Assembly (NCBI GenBank): GCA_036172245.1
Contig: JAYWIR010000043.1
Span: 1,178,001 to 1,242,000, forward strand
Origin: Raillietiella orientalis
Taxonomy: Eukaryota
Length of the DNA stretch: 64,000 bases
Direction of reading: 5' to 3'
The notes under the pieces are model-generated. The model was not told where the DNA came from, ran no database searches, and was given only the letters and a program-made list of their open reading frames with translations. The translations under genes were made by a program, and so were the position numbers. Positions 14,236-25,400 of this stretch are shown piece by piece (positions within the stretch are counted from its first letter, which is position 1; each line of letters opens with the position of its first letter).

Positions 14236-15063
14236 TCAAAAATAGGATTGTCGGCATGTGCCGTGTGACCCTGCTGCACCTGGACCTCCGCTCATCTTGA
14301 GCAGCATGAAGGGGAGACCCCCCCCCCCCCCCCAACAAAACAAAAAAAACAAAAACATGTCTATTCTAGGAAGAGAGACGGCGTATCATTCACACTTGAT
14401 TTCAGTAACCTCGGAGACTGATTTTCCAGAGTGGTAAGACGTTGTGGGGAGGAGCTGGAACTTTTGACGTCATGGTCCGGAAAGCAGGGTGCTGTTCGAT
14501 CGCCTTCCAAAGTCTAAGCCGAATCCCGGGTTCCATGCAGCCTTTGTGGGATAGAGAAGGGCAGAGATAGTTTTCCGTACATGTGATGAAAATCTTGCGA
14601 TAGAAATGCACTCTGTGCACTGTTTGGCAAGCGAAGGGAGCAGTAGTCAACTCGCCATGCCCACCTCCGCGGTGGTATGCACGTGCAAGTGACCACGTTG
14701 GTGCGCAGAGTTGTCTGGAAGTTTCCTCCGGGAACGGGTGGGCAAAGTGAGCTAGGAATCGGCTGTAATGGGTTATGAGTCATGGTGTCTGTCAGGTGGA
14801 AGTAGTTTTTTTTTTTTTGTAGTAGGCTTCTAGTTATGTGTGTACAGTCTTTTTAGTAGGCTCCTTCGAGGGAAACCGAGACGCACGAAGCTGTGGCCAG
14901 AAACGAAGCGCTCGAGTAACACGAAGGCATAGATAGCACTTTCTAGCGGCAGACCTTTTCTGTCGTTGCTGGCACCTTTGATCATTGGAATGGAGTCGCT
15001 TCCTTCTGCGAAGGTCACGGTGTTTCACTTGTCCTCAGAGAAGTGGACTCTTGAAGGAATTCA
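14236..15063. repeat. Direct repeat, copy 1 (partner at 18663-19498); probably a decayed non-LTR element segment
   Basis: Near-identical sequence running from AAAATAGGATTGTCGGCATGTGCCG to GTCCTCAGAGAAG...GGAATTCA, including matching homopolymer tracts. The ORF track shows near-identical peptides in both copies. Confidence 0.92.
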
Positions 15064-15214
15064 TTTAGCATTTTGGATTAATACAAAAACTGTTGCTGGA
15101 ATGGCTCTGGAGAATCTTTCGTGAATGATGTTTCGTCCGTGTTTTTCACGGTTCCTTGGTGCTCACTTCTGGGGTGAGAGCATTGCCCAGGTCACCTGGT
15201 TGGGCTGCATTTTT

Positions 15215-15760
15215 TCTTGTTACATGTGTTGCATAGATGCTACTTGAAAAGCGGATGCAGGTGACTACGATCCGCTGTCGTAGCCTCATCAGCTTTGGAA
15301 TTCCTAGGTATTGTAGAACGTTGTCATTTTCAGGATTTCATGCTCCAAGTGAGCTGACAATGATTGCCTGCACTTTGGTTATTTTCCTAGATGTGGTGAA
15401 CGCCTCCTTTCTGTTTTCAAATGGGCAGATGTCCAGCACACCTATTCAATCGCTTTTTTATAAAACCAGGTCTGGTTTTAGGCTGGAGGTGGTTCCTGCA
15501 CTCTGTGATTACTTGATACCAGAGTCCACTTGGCTTCATCCATTACAGCCTTCTTGATAATTTCCAGGATAGCATTGTGGTGCTGCATTGTCAGAGGCAT
15601 GTGCTTTTTACATCTGTTGAGCACATGTGATAAAGTCTCATCCTCGGTTCCACAATGCCAACACCTCCTTTCATGAACCTTCTTTGTTGGTCCAGCATTT
15701 AGTGGCAGAAGGCTCAGTCTTGCCACATGGATGAACCTGTAGTCTTGGTATCTCAGGTGG
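15215..15760 (-). mobile_element. Decayed C-terminal region of an RLE-type non-LTR retrotransposon (NeSL/Utopia/R2-like)
   Basis: FIHVARLSLLPLN, CCHC finger RCWHCGTEDETLSHVLNRC, HHNAI, KPDLV, PFEN, IVSSLGA, LGIP and IYATHVT appear in the expected order, with frameshifts and stops. Confidence 0.8.
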
Positions 15761-15771
15761 ATTTTTCAAGA

Positions 15772-16142
15772 CTAACTCTTTACACATTTCCTTCATCCGC
15801 CCATCTCTTCCTATCTCTCACCCTGGCCATTCCACTTCTAGACAACTTTTTTCCATCTTCAACTCCTCTCACTTCCTAGCCCACCTTACCCCAAAAGGAA
15901 CTCCAATATCCCTCTCCCTATTCATCCCACTTCTAGAAACCATAAGACTGATAATCCAACCTGTATCCCTATCATTACAACTAACAGCTAACATCACTAC
16001 TGGACACATCCTCATCATTATACTTTCAAACAACCTCGCCAACCTTATCCCATCCATCCCCATCATAATCCTAGAAATTACCATAGCCTTCATCCAAGCT
16101 TACATTTTCACCACAATAACATCATTATACACAAGCAAATAA
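15772..16142 (+). pseudogene. atp6: Mitochondrial atp6 3' part (NUMT)
   Basis: HFLAHLTPKGTP, LETMS.MIQPVSLSLQLTANITTGHIL, LEITMAFIQAYIF, then TAA at 16140-16142. Confidence 0.88.
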
Positions 16143-16147
16143 CTACA

Positions 16148-16919
16148 ATAACAAATCACCAACCCTTCTTCTTCCACCCCCATAGACCCTGACCCATTCT
16201 CACCTCTCTCTCACTCCCATCCATAACCCTTTTCCTAGTATGCCTCATACGCAACATCTATTCATCCCTTACACTCTGCATTACAACCACAATCTTAAAT
16301 AGATTCCTCTGGGGGAAAGACATAAAGCGAGAATCCTCATTTATTGGCATTCTCCCAATAAAAATAATAAAAACATTTAATTTTGCAATAATCATATTTA
16401 TTATCTCGGAAATCTTTTTATTCGTTTCCTTTTTTTGATCATTCTTCCATGCTAGATTGAGAGTCAATCCACAATTCAGATTTTCCTGACCCCCATCTAA
16501 TCTTGCCTTACCATGTGCCATAGACGTACCTCTGTTTAATCGCATTCTTCTATTCAGATCAGGTTTTTCCGTTACATGAACACATCACTCTCTTTAAAAA
16601 AAAAATTATTCCCTTTCATTTCTTTCTTTACTTCTTACTATCGCAATCAGCTTGATGTTCATTGCAACTCAAATCATAGAATACATTACACTCAGATTTT
16701 GTATTACAGGTTCAATTTTTGGTTCAACATTTTTTATTGCAACAGGATTCCACGGTCTTCATGTAATGCCGGACTTATCTGCCTTACCTTGTCTACAGTA
16801 CAAATTTTCACACTCTCTATCACCCACCTTCACCATCTATCATTTGAACTCCCCCTCCGAGACTGACATTTCGTAGACGTTGTACTATTTCTATTTCTAT
16901 TTATATATTCTATGAGCAT
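16148..16919 (+). pseudogene. cox3: Mitochondrial cox3 (NUMT)
   Basis: N-terminal SPWP, LFIISE..LFVSFFWSFFH, GSTFFIATGFHGLHV and WHFVDVV, with several frameshifts. Confidence 0.92.
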
Positions 16920-16962
16920 ACTCTTTTAGTATATATAGTACAATTATTAAGAAATAAAGAGT

Positions 16963-17018
16963 AGTTCTTTTAGTGTAGCATAACACATTATCCCTTCAAG
17001 ATAAAAATTTTAAGAATT
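16963..17018 (+). tRNA. trnE: Mitochondrial tRNA-Glu(TTC) copy in NUMT, T-arm replaced by TV loop
   Basis: Acceptor AGTTCTT/AAGAATT, D stem GTGT/ACAC, anticodon stem TTATC/GATAA with loop CC-TTC-AA. No T arm. Confidence 0.65.
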
Positions 17019-17073
17019 TGAGTTAAGCTTAAGCATATCACCGTTAATGATAAAAATTTCCCCAACTGAAACT
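17017..17073 (+). tRNA. trnN: Mitochondrial tRNA-Asn(GTT) copy in NUMT
   Basis: D stem GCTT/AAGC, anticodon stem TATCA/TGATA with loop CC-GTT-AA. Acceptor stem imperfect. Confidence 0.6.
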
Positions 17074-17092
17074 CTGATTGCTCCATCCATCA

Positions 17093-17152
17093 ACTGTCCA
17101 TTATTTCCTAAGCCTTTTCAACGCTTCGCTCTATATAGGCTAAAGAGACAAT
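17093..17152 (-). tRNA. trnF: Mitochondrial tRNA-Phe(GAA) copy in NUMT
   Basis: On the minus strand: acceptor ATTGTCT/GGACAGT, anticodon arm AAGCG-TTGAAAA-GGCTT, TV loop. Confidence 0.65.
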
Positions 17153-17153
17153 T

Positions 17154-17209
17154 TAAAATTATGGTTACAATAATAACATTTGTTTTGCAAACAAAAATTT
17201 CTAATTTTA
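17154..17209 (+). tRNA. trnA: Mitochondrial tRNA-Ala(TGC) copy in NUMT
   Basis: Acceptor TAAAATT/AATTTTA, anticodon stem TTTGT/ACAAA with loop TT-TGC-AA, short TV loop. Confidence 0.7.
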
Positions 17210-17259
17210 TTAAAATACTAATTAATTCTATACAATAAACTATAATTCGTATACTCAAT

Positions 17260-17312
17260 GAGACAGCCTCAGGGACTTCTAATCCCTAAATAGTGGTATA
17301 CCATTTTGTCTC
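17260..17312 (+). tRNA. trnS1: Mitochondrial tRNA-Ser(TCT, AGN) copy in NUMT, D-arm-less
   Basis: Acceptor GAGACAG/TTGTCTC, no D arm, anticodon stem AGGGA/TCCCT with loop CT-TCT-AA, T arm GTGG-TATA-CCAT. Confidence 0.75.
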
Positions 17313-17324
17313 TTCTACTAAGAA

Positions 17325-17625
17325 ATATAACTTTTACCTTCCTTTTTTATTATCCTTTTCATTATTTTTCTCGCAGTAATCATTAAACCTAAACTCCAAT
17401 TTAATTAGAATACCTCACCTCCCTTCGGATTTGATCCAAAAAACAATGCACGTTTCCCGTTCTTCATCCCAATTCTTCCTAATTACAATTATCTTCTTAA
17501 TTTTCGACATTGAATTAGCCATTATCCTCCCCTGACCTCTTTTCTCATTATTCCTCGCACTCTCTATGACTATTTCATCAACATCATTCATTCTTTTTTT
17601 AATTTTAAGACTAAAATATGTATTA
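17325..17625 (+). pseudogene. nad3: Mitochondrial nad3 (NUMT)
   Basis: GFDPKNNARFPF...QFFLITIIFLIFDIELAIILPW. Boundaries approximate. Confidence 0.85.
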
Positions 17626-17849
17626 TATCCATCTCATGAATATTCTAGGGCAAAAGTGATAACACAGTTCGTTTCGACCCTTACATTCTTCCTTACATCT
17701 CATTAATACTCGTAACACTTTCCCAGAGACAAAATGAAAAATTTTATTCCACTGGTATTCTGGGATGTTCAAATCCAAACTCAATAATTAAATCATTTGT
17801 TGAAAAATTATTCATCTCAAATAACACACAACAAAATACACCATAAAAT

Positions 17850-18662
17850 AGTTACTTTCTATGACATTATTAACACCATTAATCACTCGTACATACCTCT
17901 CCCTCCCTCACTCCATCCGTCTCTTAGCAATTATTTCTCTAATTGCACCAACACGCATTAACCAATTTCTTAATATAAGCCCTCTCATGAACTTCAAACC
18001 AACAAACACTTCCCCAATCGCCACATATTTCTCCATAACAGACAACACAAATCTCCCCATCTCCTCCACAGCCACACCACCTCCCACCACCACCATAAAT
18101 CCCAATCCCATCAATACAACACGATATCCAACGTTCCCCTCCACACCATAAATCACCCTTAACACCACGTCGATAAGAACAAAAATCTCCACCGCGCCTC
18201 CCCACATGGAATACCATATTCATTCTACTAAGTAATCTTTACTTTAGTAACCCCTCAAACAAGGAAAGCCCACAAACCCCACGATTCTAACGGTGGAAAT
18301 TGACCCGCGAATGCTGTCCCCCACCATACTCATGAATAACTCATCCCACGCCTTAAAATATCAACGACTTAAACGCAGCACGGATCAAGAAATGATAACG
18401 CACGAGCATCCCCATGCCCAGCCCTAAACCCCTAAACATTGTACCCAACCGCCTCAGCGTTGACTATGCAATTATCTTCTTTACGTCAAACTCCATCCTC
18501 CCCATTGCTCCCGAAGACTCCATCGTCAAAAGACCAATATTAGCTCTACATCATCCCGATTTCATCAAATCGAATCATTAAATACGCCCCCGCAGTTACT
18601 CGTGTTCACGAATGAACCAAAGGTGCAACTGGAGTAGGCGCTGCCATAGCCTCTCGAAGAGT
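17850..18662 (-). pseudogene. nad5: Mitochondrial nad5 3' half (NUMT)
   Basis: AMAAPTPVAPLVHS..VTAGAYLMIRF, EFDVKKMIA*STLS.LG, AAFKSL, GFPCLSGY*SKD. Internal stops present. Confidence 0.88.
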
Positions 18663-19498
18663 CAAAATAGGATTGTCGGCATGTGCCGTGCGACCCTTCT
18701 GCACCTGGGCCTCCGCTCATCTTAAGCAGCATGAAGGGGAGAACCCCCCCACCCACAAAACAAAAAAAACAAAAAAACAAAAACATGTCTATTCTAGGAA
18801 GAGAGACGGCGTATCATTCACACTTGATTTCAGTAACCTCGGAGACTGATTTTCCAGAGTGGTAAGACGTTGTGGGGAGGAGCTGGAACTTTTGACGTCA
18901 TGGTCCGGAAAGCAGGGTGCTGTTCGATCGCCTTCCAAAGTCTAAGCCGAATCCCGGGTTCCATGCAGCCTTTGTGGGAGAAAGAAAGGCAGAGATAGTT
19001 TTCCGTACATGTGATGAAAATCTTGCGATAGAAATGCACTCTGTGCACTGTTTGGCAAGCGAAGGGAGCAGTATTCAACTCGCCATGCCCACCTCCGCGG
19101 TGGTATGCACATGCAAGTGACGTTCATGCGCAGAGTTGTCTGGAAGTTTCCGCCAGGAACGGGTAGGCAAAGTGAGCAAGGGACCGGCTGTAATGGGTTA
19201 TGAGTCATGGTGTCTGTCAGGTGGGAGTAGTTTTTTTTTTTTTATAGTAGGCTTCTAGTTATGTGTGTACAGTCTTTTTAGTAGGCTCCTTCGAGGGAAA
19301 CCGAGACGCACGAAGCTGTGACCAGAAACGAAGCGCTCGAGTAACACGAAGGCATAGATAGCACTTTCTAGCAGCAGACCTTTTCTGTCGTTGCTGGCAC
19401 CTTTGATCATTGGAATGGAGTCGCTTCCTTCTGCGAAGGTCACGGTGTTTCACTTGTCCTCAGAGAAGCGTATCCATTGGACTGTTGGAGGAATTCAA
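18663..19498. repeat. Direct repeat, copy 2 (partner at 14236-15063)
   Basis: See copy 1. Starts exactly at the right edge of the NUMT. Confidence 0.92.
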
Positions 19499-20054
19499 CA
19501 CAGAAGCTATCGGTGTGGTTTATCTTGGGAGCAGTTTCCACTACGAGTTGCATCCTCTTTCTCACCTTGTCCCTATGCCATCAGGTTCTCTTCCACGAAA
19601 CATATCTTTCGTGCTCTATCCCACAATCCCCTTGCGTCTCACGCTAAGGAGATGGTTCCTGGTTCCCTCGCTCGCACTCCAATATTCACACAACGTTCTT
19701 TCGGCAGCAGCGTAGAAGTCACTTTCCTGTTTGCTCGTAACCTGCAGAACTAGTTGGTCCACCGAGGAAAATACTACAGAATTTTCAGGGAGACTTTTCC
19801 CGAAAGCAATATTGTCATTGGAAAATGCCGACAAACTTTTCTGATTTTGCACTGAAGGTCTTTGTTATGTCTGCATGACACGTGCTTGCAACCCTGCAGG
19901 GTCGTAAGCACTCGAGAAAGCTTCAGCATCCCCGAATGCATTCACAAACGTGTCAGCCACCTGGTTCATTTTTCTGTCTCCTTTGACTTCGTGGAACTGT
20001 TGATGCATCATTGCTTTCGCTTACTCTGGCTACTTCAGAGGAAAAACTAATTTT

Positions 20055-20500
20055 CTAGTTCCTCCAGTTTCGTTGCAAGAAGTGCCCAGAATGATGTATT
20101 CCATTCATCATTGCTTTTGACAAGTTTCCGGCATCGTCTTGCTGTTTGGATGCTTTCTCGTTCCTGGTAATTCTGAAGGTTTTTCTCTCATTCTCAAAGG
20201 GGTAAGATAAGTCCAGCTTCACTGTCCTGTTGCCCTTCCGAAACATCGATCTGGCCGGCCTCAGGGTTGAACCAAGGCCAGGGACGTGCTGATTTGCACA
20301 CGCACCGGTATCCATCTCTTTGTTTCTACCGCTTCTGTTTCGATCTTTTGTTCCAGGCTCCCTGGGATTATACAGGAACCCCGAGGAGGGACTTCCTGGA
20401 CGATTCTGGGGCGCCTGGAAGCGATGCTGAGCTCTGCGCGATGGCATCCAGGTCCTCGCGGAGCTGGATGTGGGCGCCGAAGGCTAAGAACGCGTCCCTT
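20055..20500 (-). mobile_element. Second decayed RLE-type non-LTR C-terminal fragment (NeSL/Utopia-like)
   Basis: HRAELS (cf. HRARLN), NQHVPGLGSTLRP, LDLSYPFENERKTFRITRNEK match the RLE-domain pattern RPD...D..PFEN...R..K. Confidence 0.6.
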
Positions 20501-21428
20501 CATCGTTTTAGGTTCCTCGTGGGATGAGAGCACTCAGGAACCTGGAAGCATGTGCCTCCCGGGCCTCTAGCGACCACACTGGCACAGAGTGCTGCAGCTC
20601 GAGGCTGCGACCGAGCAGATGCTTGAGGTTGAGCCGTTTCCTCTGAGACGAAGACGCTGCGCACTTGACGTTTCCTCTCTCCTTTGCTATTTCGAGCACT
20701 CAGCATTTTCCTCTCAGGATTGAAATTGGCTTGTGGGAGAGAGGGAGACTGGAAAGCGACCACCAGCTTGATTTGAAGCCGGTGTGTTTGCGCATGCTCG
20801 CCGGCGAGAACACCTGTGAGACGAGGACAAATTCCAGAAGCGAGTGCCGAGCAGGGTTGTCTGGCTCCTGCTGACACGGTGCCATGTCTCTTCTATTCGT
20901 TAAGAAGGTGAGTGCGTTTCCCGGTTGCAAGAGCTTCCTCCGTGAGCTCGAGCGTTTCGGTGTGCGGCGGACTGCCCGCGAAAAGTCACCGACTTCCCCT
21001 GCCACCGCTGCTTCCTGCGTCCTCTCTGCATCGGAATTCTAGTGTGGCTGGCGAGAACCTGGAGACTGGGAACCCTGCGAAACGACTTGAGTGCCCAGGC
21101 TGTTGCCAAGTGTTTTCGGCGGTTACCAGCTATAGGGAGTGGACCGCCGCCGTCGCAACCGCTTTCTTCGCGTGCGACGGGGTCCTCGGCCGCCGGGCTG
21201 CTGTGAGCAAATCGGGACGCCGAGGATTCCCTGAGTGCGCCCGCAGAGTTGCCTATCCGGATACGTGAGTACACGGCCGCGGCCTCCGCGAGCGTAGCCA
21301 AGCGTCACGGGTTCATATCTCGCCCAGGGAAGGGGCGACGCCGAGGACGCAGGGCGCGTCGCGGGTTTTGAATGCCCCCCGTAGAATGGCGCTGATTGGC
21401 CTGTGCGTTTCATGTGCGGCACTGGTGA

Positions 21429-22470
21429 CACTCGGTCACGCCGGAGCGTTTATTTCTAAAACTACATGTCTGTGGCAGGACGTTCGGTCCTGACACGTTA
21501 CTTATGGATACGAAAAGGAACCTGCCGGGAACTCGCACGTAGGCCGGCGGGGTTCGCCTCGTCAGCACAGGGGAAGCAAAGACAAACAAAAAGAAAAAAA
21601 TAAAGCAAAAAACATACAGTCAAAAAATAGGGAGGGGGTTCGGGAAGGGATCACTGTGTGCTGGAGGGTGTGTTCCTCTGCAGCCTTGTAAGGAGCCGGC
21701 AAGATCCTGTTTCAAGACTCCCACATGGGGCCATGTGGACGCCATTCTCATGAAGAGGACAGCAAAATAGATGACATCCCTGTCGTCCTGGTCTCCTCTG
21801 GAGCTGCTGCTCCATGCAGCCACGCTCCTACAGCGTGAGCAGCAAAGTGCTGCTGGGGATGCGGCCGGCGTGATGGCGTCGCGCAGGAAGAGATGCTTTA
21901 CAACGTCTCTGGCGTTGCCGTCGGGGGCTCCAAGGGTCGTGACCAAGCTCCCCCAAAGGGGCCGGTGGGCAACACAGTCCCTCACCTGGCACTGTTGGCA
22001 CGCTTGCCGATCCAGGCTGTCGAAAGTCAACGGAACGTGATTGAAATTTTTGGTGCTCCCTGCGGCTCAGCTCGAATGGCTGGAGCGACTCGGCGGTGCC
22101 GGTGACCCAGGTCACCGGTGCACGAACGTGGGGCGAGCACGTCCGAGTACGACGGCCGGTCAGGCGCGGACCGCGGCGCTTTGCCGTGCGCGGGAGGAAA
22201 CGAGCAGGACCCCGACCTATTGCCTTGGATTTTTGTGCAGGACACGTGCCCGGGCAGTCCTGGTGTTCGCGCTCTTCCCTCCTGCGGGGTTTGGATGCCG
22301 GGAGGATTACTCGGACACATCCCGCCGCAGGTGAGCGCGGGAAGGCGATCCGGGTTTCGGGGCGTTTGATTGGACTTGGAGCCAGTAAGTGGACGGTGGA
22401 CGATCGCTCGCTAGCTCGGGTGGGTGCGCCGGCTCAGCTCGCTCGCTCGCGTTCCTCTTATGCCTAGGAG
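21429..22470 (-). mobile_element. Short, internally deleted L1/Tx1-clade derivative (family B)
   Basis: ORF2 C-terminal peptide DCVAHRPLWGSL...LFLRDAITPAASPAALCC...MASTWPHVGVLKQDLAG is homologous to 43020-43382 and has the same 3' end (AATAAACGCTCCGGCGTGACCGAGTG). The upstream part looks like ORF1 N-terminus/5'UTR (PSYSDVL). The 5' boundary is approximate. Confidence 0.7.
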
Positions 22471-25400
22471 GCATCACTGTTGTCTTCTCCCAGGTCTTCC
22501 ACGTGCTGGTATGCAGTTTACTTTGCGCGATGATTCTTAGAGGCTCGACGTTCTCATCTTACGATCTCGATTTCATCATAAATCGTCGGTCGCTAAGTTT
22601 CGAAGGTAATCATGGAGACTGCAAACTTGTGCTCGGCGATATCAATGCGGAAGGGGAAACAGGAGTTTTATGCTACGAATTCTGGGGGACGTCTCCTCCC
22701 ACTTCCATGGAAGAAAGGTACTGCGTGCTAACCGTCAACGTGAGTACGACACGAGGTGCCTGAGGCATTCCGGCGCTTCCAGACTTTTTCAGGAAAATCC
22801 ACGTACGCAATGACGAAATTCAATGGAGAATACTTCGACTGCTTCATTAAGGAAGTAAACACTTCTGGAATGTACGTACGCTCCCGCATGAGAAAGTTTA
22901 GACGTGTGAATGGGAAGTGCCCCTCCGCGACCTGCATCTGTTAGTTGACTGGATGCAAGGCATTTGACAGTCACTCGGGAAGGAGGTCATGAGCGTACGA
23001 ACCTCCGCCCGCAACGATCCCTGGTGCGAAGCGAGCTTTTCAGGGTGGGCTGGCTGTGCTGATGCTGCTCTGTACCACGCTGAGGTGACCGATTAACAGT
23101 ATGGTTCCCAGCATGGCGCGGAGACGCAAATGGAAGGCGTCTTGAATTTATTCAAACGCATCCACTCAACCATCCTGTGAAACATGACATCCATCTTTTT
23201 ACATGATGCACTGATTTCAGATCCAGGCAACGCAGAGCTGCCCGGATGCTGCTCCGAACACCATTCCACCTAGACTGTGTCATCAAGAGCGGTGGATCCT
23301 TCTGGACAGAGTTCCGTTCTGAACATCAACGGGAGCCCATAATTCCTAAATGAACTCCAAGATGCATCGATTCCATGAGTGCCATTCGAAATTCCATGAA
23401 AATACGTTCGAAATATACGCCTGCTTAGATTAGAATGGCTCGCTTTCGAATGAGTTGCACGTGGACTCTTTTTTTGTGGAGAGAGGGCGCTCGGAGCAGC
23501 ACAAGTCCGAAACAAACGGCCCGTGGCAGTTCGGGCATGTTTGCATGGGGGGCGTCAAAAAACGAAACGACGCAAAACAGTCGAGTGGATCTGCCTTCAT
23601 TCATTTACAAGAGGCAGCAAACGGTTTTATTCCATCGCACATCACGCAGCAGCTTCTCTCCCGGATCGTCGCACCCATGCATTCAGACAGAGGGGCTTAC
23701 TTCCACATTTCATAACATGTACATATGGATCATATGCACAACTAACACATGTATTTATTTCTCGTGATCTTCTAGGATTTGATCGGCATAGAATTTTCAC
23801 ACATCCCTGAAATATTATGAACTCGTTAAGCTGTAGGTATTTTGCCTTTGCATTCAATCCGTAAGAGCATCTGGAACCTTCCGTACTGATGCGCTGTGTG
23901 TGACGCTCCATCACAGAAAGATGGGAATAACATGGGACGAAAATTTTAGCTGAAACTGGTGATGATGTCAGTCCGATAGACCGGGATCATTAAATTGATC
24001 TGTTCAAGACACTATCCAGATACGGTATAGGTTCCTTCATCCCTTTTCTCTGTGATTCTCTGTATCATCCCTTTCTATTATAGCTAAAATACTAGAGCTT
24101 ACCCTCTTCCTATTCCTTTCGCTACTCTCTTTCTCATCCATAGTTAGCGTTACCAGAGTGCCAGAAATAACGTATTCTGAAATTATAACAATAATCCTTT
24201 TATATCAGCAATCTAGATATGAAAACTTTAAGTCATTTTACATACGCTACTTAAGGTTGCTACATATGTCAGACTTTCCCACACACCTCCGTATGATGAA
24301 TTTATTGTTCTGAAACCTCGGGTTTTATGTAGGCTGCTCTTCCATATTGATCTCCGGTAAAATGGGAAGACTTTTGAAATAAGGTTCTGGTAAAGTCGAA
24401 CCAAGCAGATCTCCTATCTGAGACGTATTTTACAACGTGTACGTCATCCAGGTATTTTTCTCCTGCCCTCTTATGAGGCAGCATCGACAACGCTCTATTT
24501 GCTGTTGGGTCATTGGGATAAGGAAGAATCACGTATAATGATTTGAAAATCATCAGCATGTAATATTTATATGATATAATCACGCCCTCAATTGAGCAAG
24601 GTGCGTATTTTCCGAGGAAATGGGAGCCAGGGAGGCAATCTTTGCAAATCCGGTCAGAAGGATACCTTAGAATTTTATGCATGCGAGAGTGACAGATCCC
24701 ACTTTTGGTCATCTGTAATAAAAGATTCAAAGGTCAGGTAATGAATCCGGAGGAATGTTTCCCATCCAATCCTCATTCATTATCACTCGATCTCAAAGGA
24801 TCTTCGCAGATTCGTGTCACAGCTTTCCTTTAATACACTGAACACACGTTCGTTTTTAAGTGAGATCAGAAAGAATGGTAAGTTTTTAGTTGTGAGCAAT
24901 GCAAGAATCTTTTTTTCTGAATCACTCTTCGATTTCTAGCTCCTTATCGGAATTCTTGCCCGATATAAAGAACCCCTTATTATAAGATCTACTTCATTTC
25001 ATTCTTCAGTGCTCTGTTTTTACTTCACTCTGAGTAATTGCGGAAAAGGCAGCTTCAGAATCACCTTCCATCATGGAAAACGATTTTGGAAACTTCTGCA
25101 TTGTGCTGTGTGCTTGGCGCACCTGAAAGAAAGTTACACTTCCCATGACGTTAGTTGGGGAACTTTCGACTTCAGATGGTTTCTTGCTGGAATCAGAGTT
25201 TGACGTCCATAGGAAGCGGAAGAATGTCGATGTTGACGTATTTTCGACAGTTTGCTATGATCAGCTTGCATGCATTCCACACAGCTTTGGTCTGTAGGCA
25301 AAGAAGTGCCATCTAGGACCTGGTGGATGCCGGAACGAACGTATCCATTTACAATTTCTCTGCAATGCAGAGAATTCTTTTTCGGATGTTTTCCATGGTG

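Larger units (their letters stand above)
15772..18662. other. NUMT (nuclear mitochondrial insertion): atp6, cox3, tRNA cluster, nad3, nad5(-)
   Basis: Abrupt C/A-rich, G-poor plus strand. Recognisable mitochondrial peptides in the invertebrate mitochondrial code, with stops and frameshifts. Embedded in nuclear TE sequence. Confidence 0.93.

Noticed and set aside
16920..16962. trnG as a called tRNA
   Set aside because: Acceptor and D stems are present but the anticodon arm is missing; identity rests only on its position after cox3.
15772..18662. Genuine mitochondrial genome misassembled into the contig
   Set aside because: Multiple stops and frameshifts in cox3, nad3 and nad5 and an anticodon-less tRNA remnant indicate an aged nuclear copy.
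21541..21570. Hammerhead-like CTGACGA-GGCG..CGCC on the minus strand in a LINE 3'UTR
   Set aside because: The required GAAA after stem II is absent, and the motif is not present in the homologous 3'UTR at 43430-43560.
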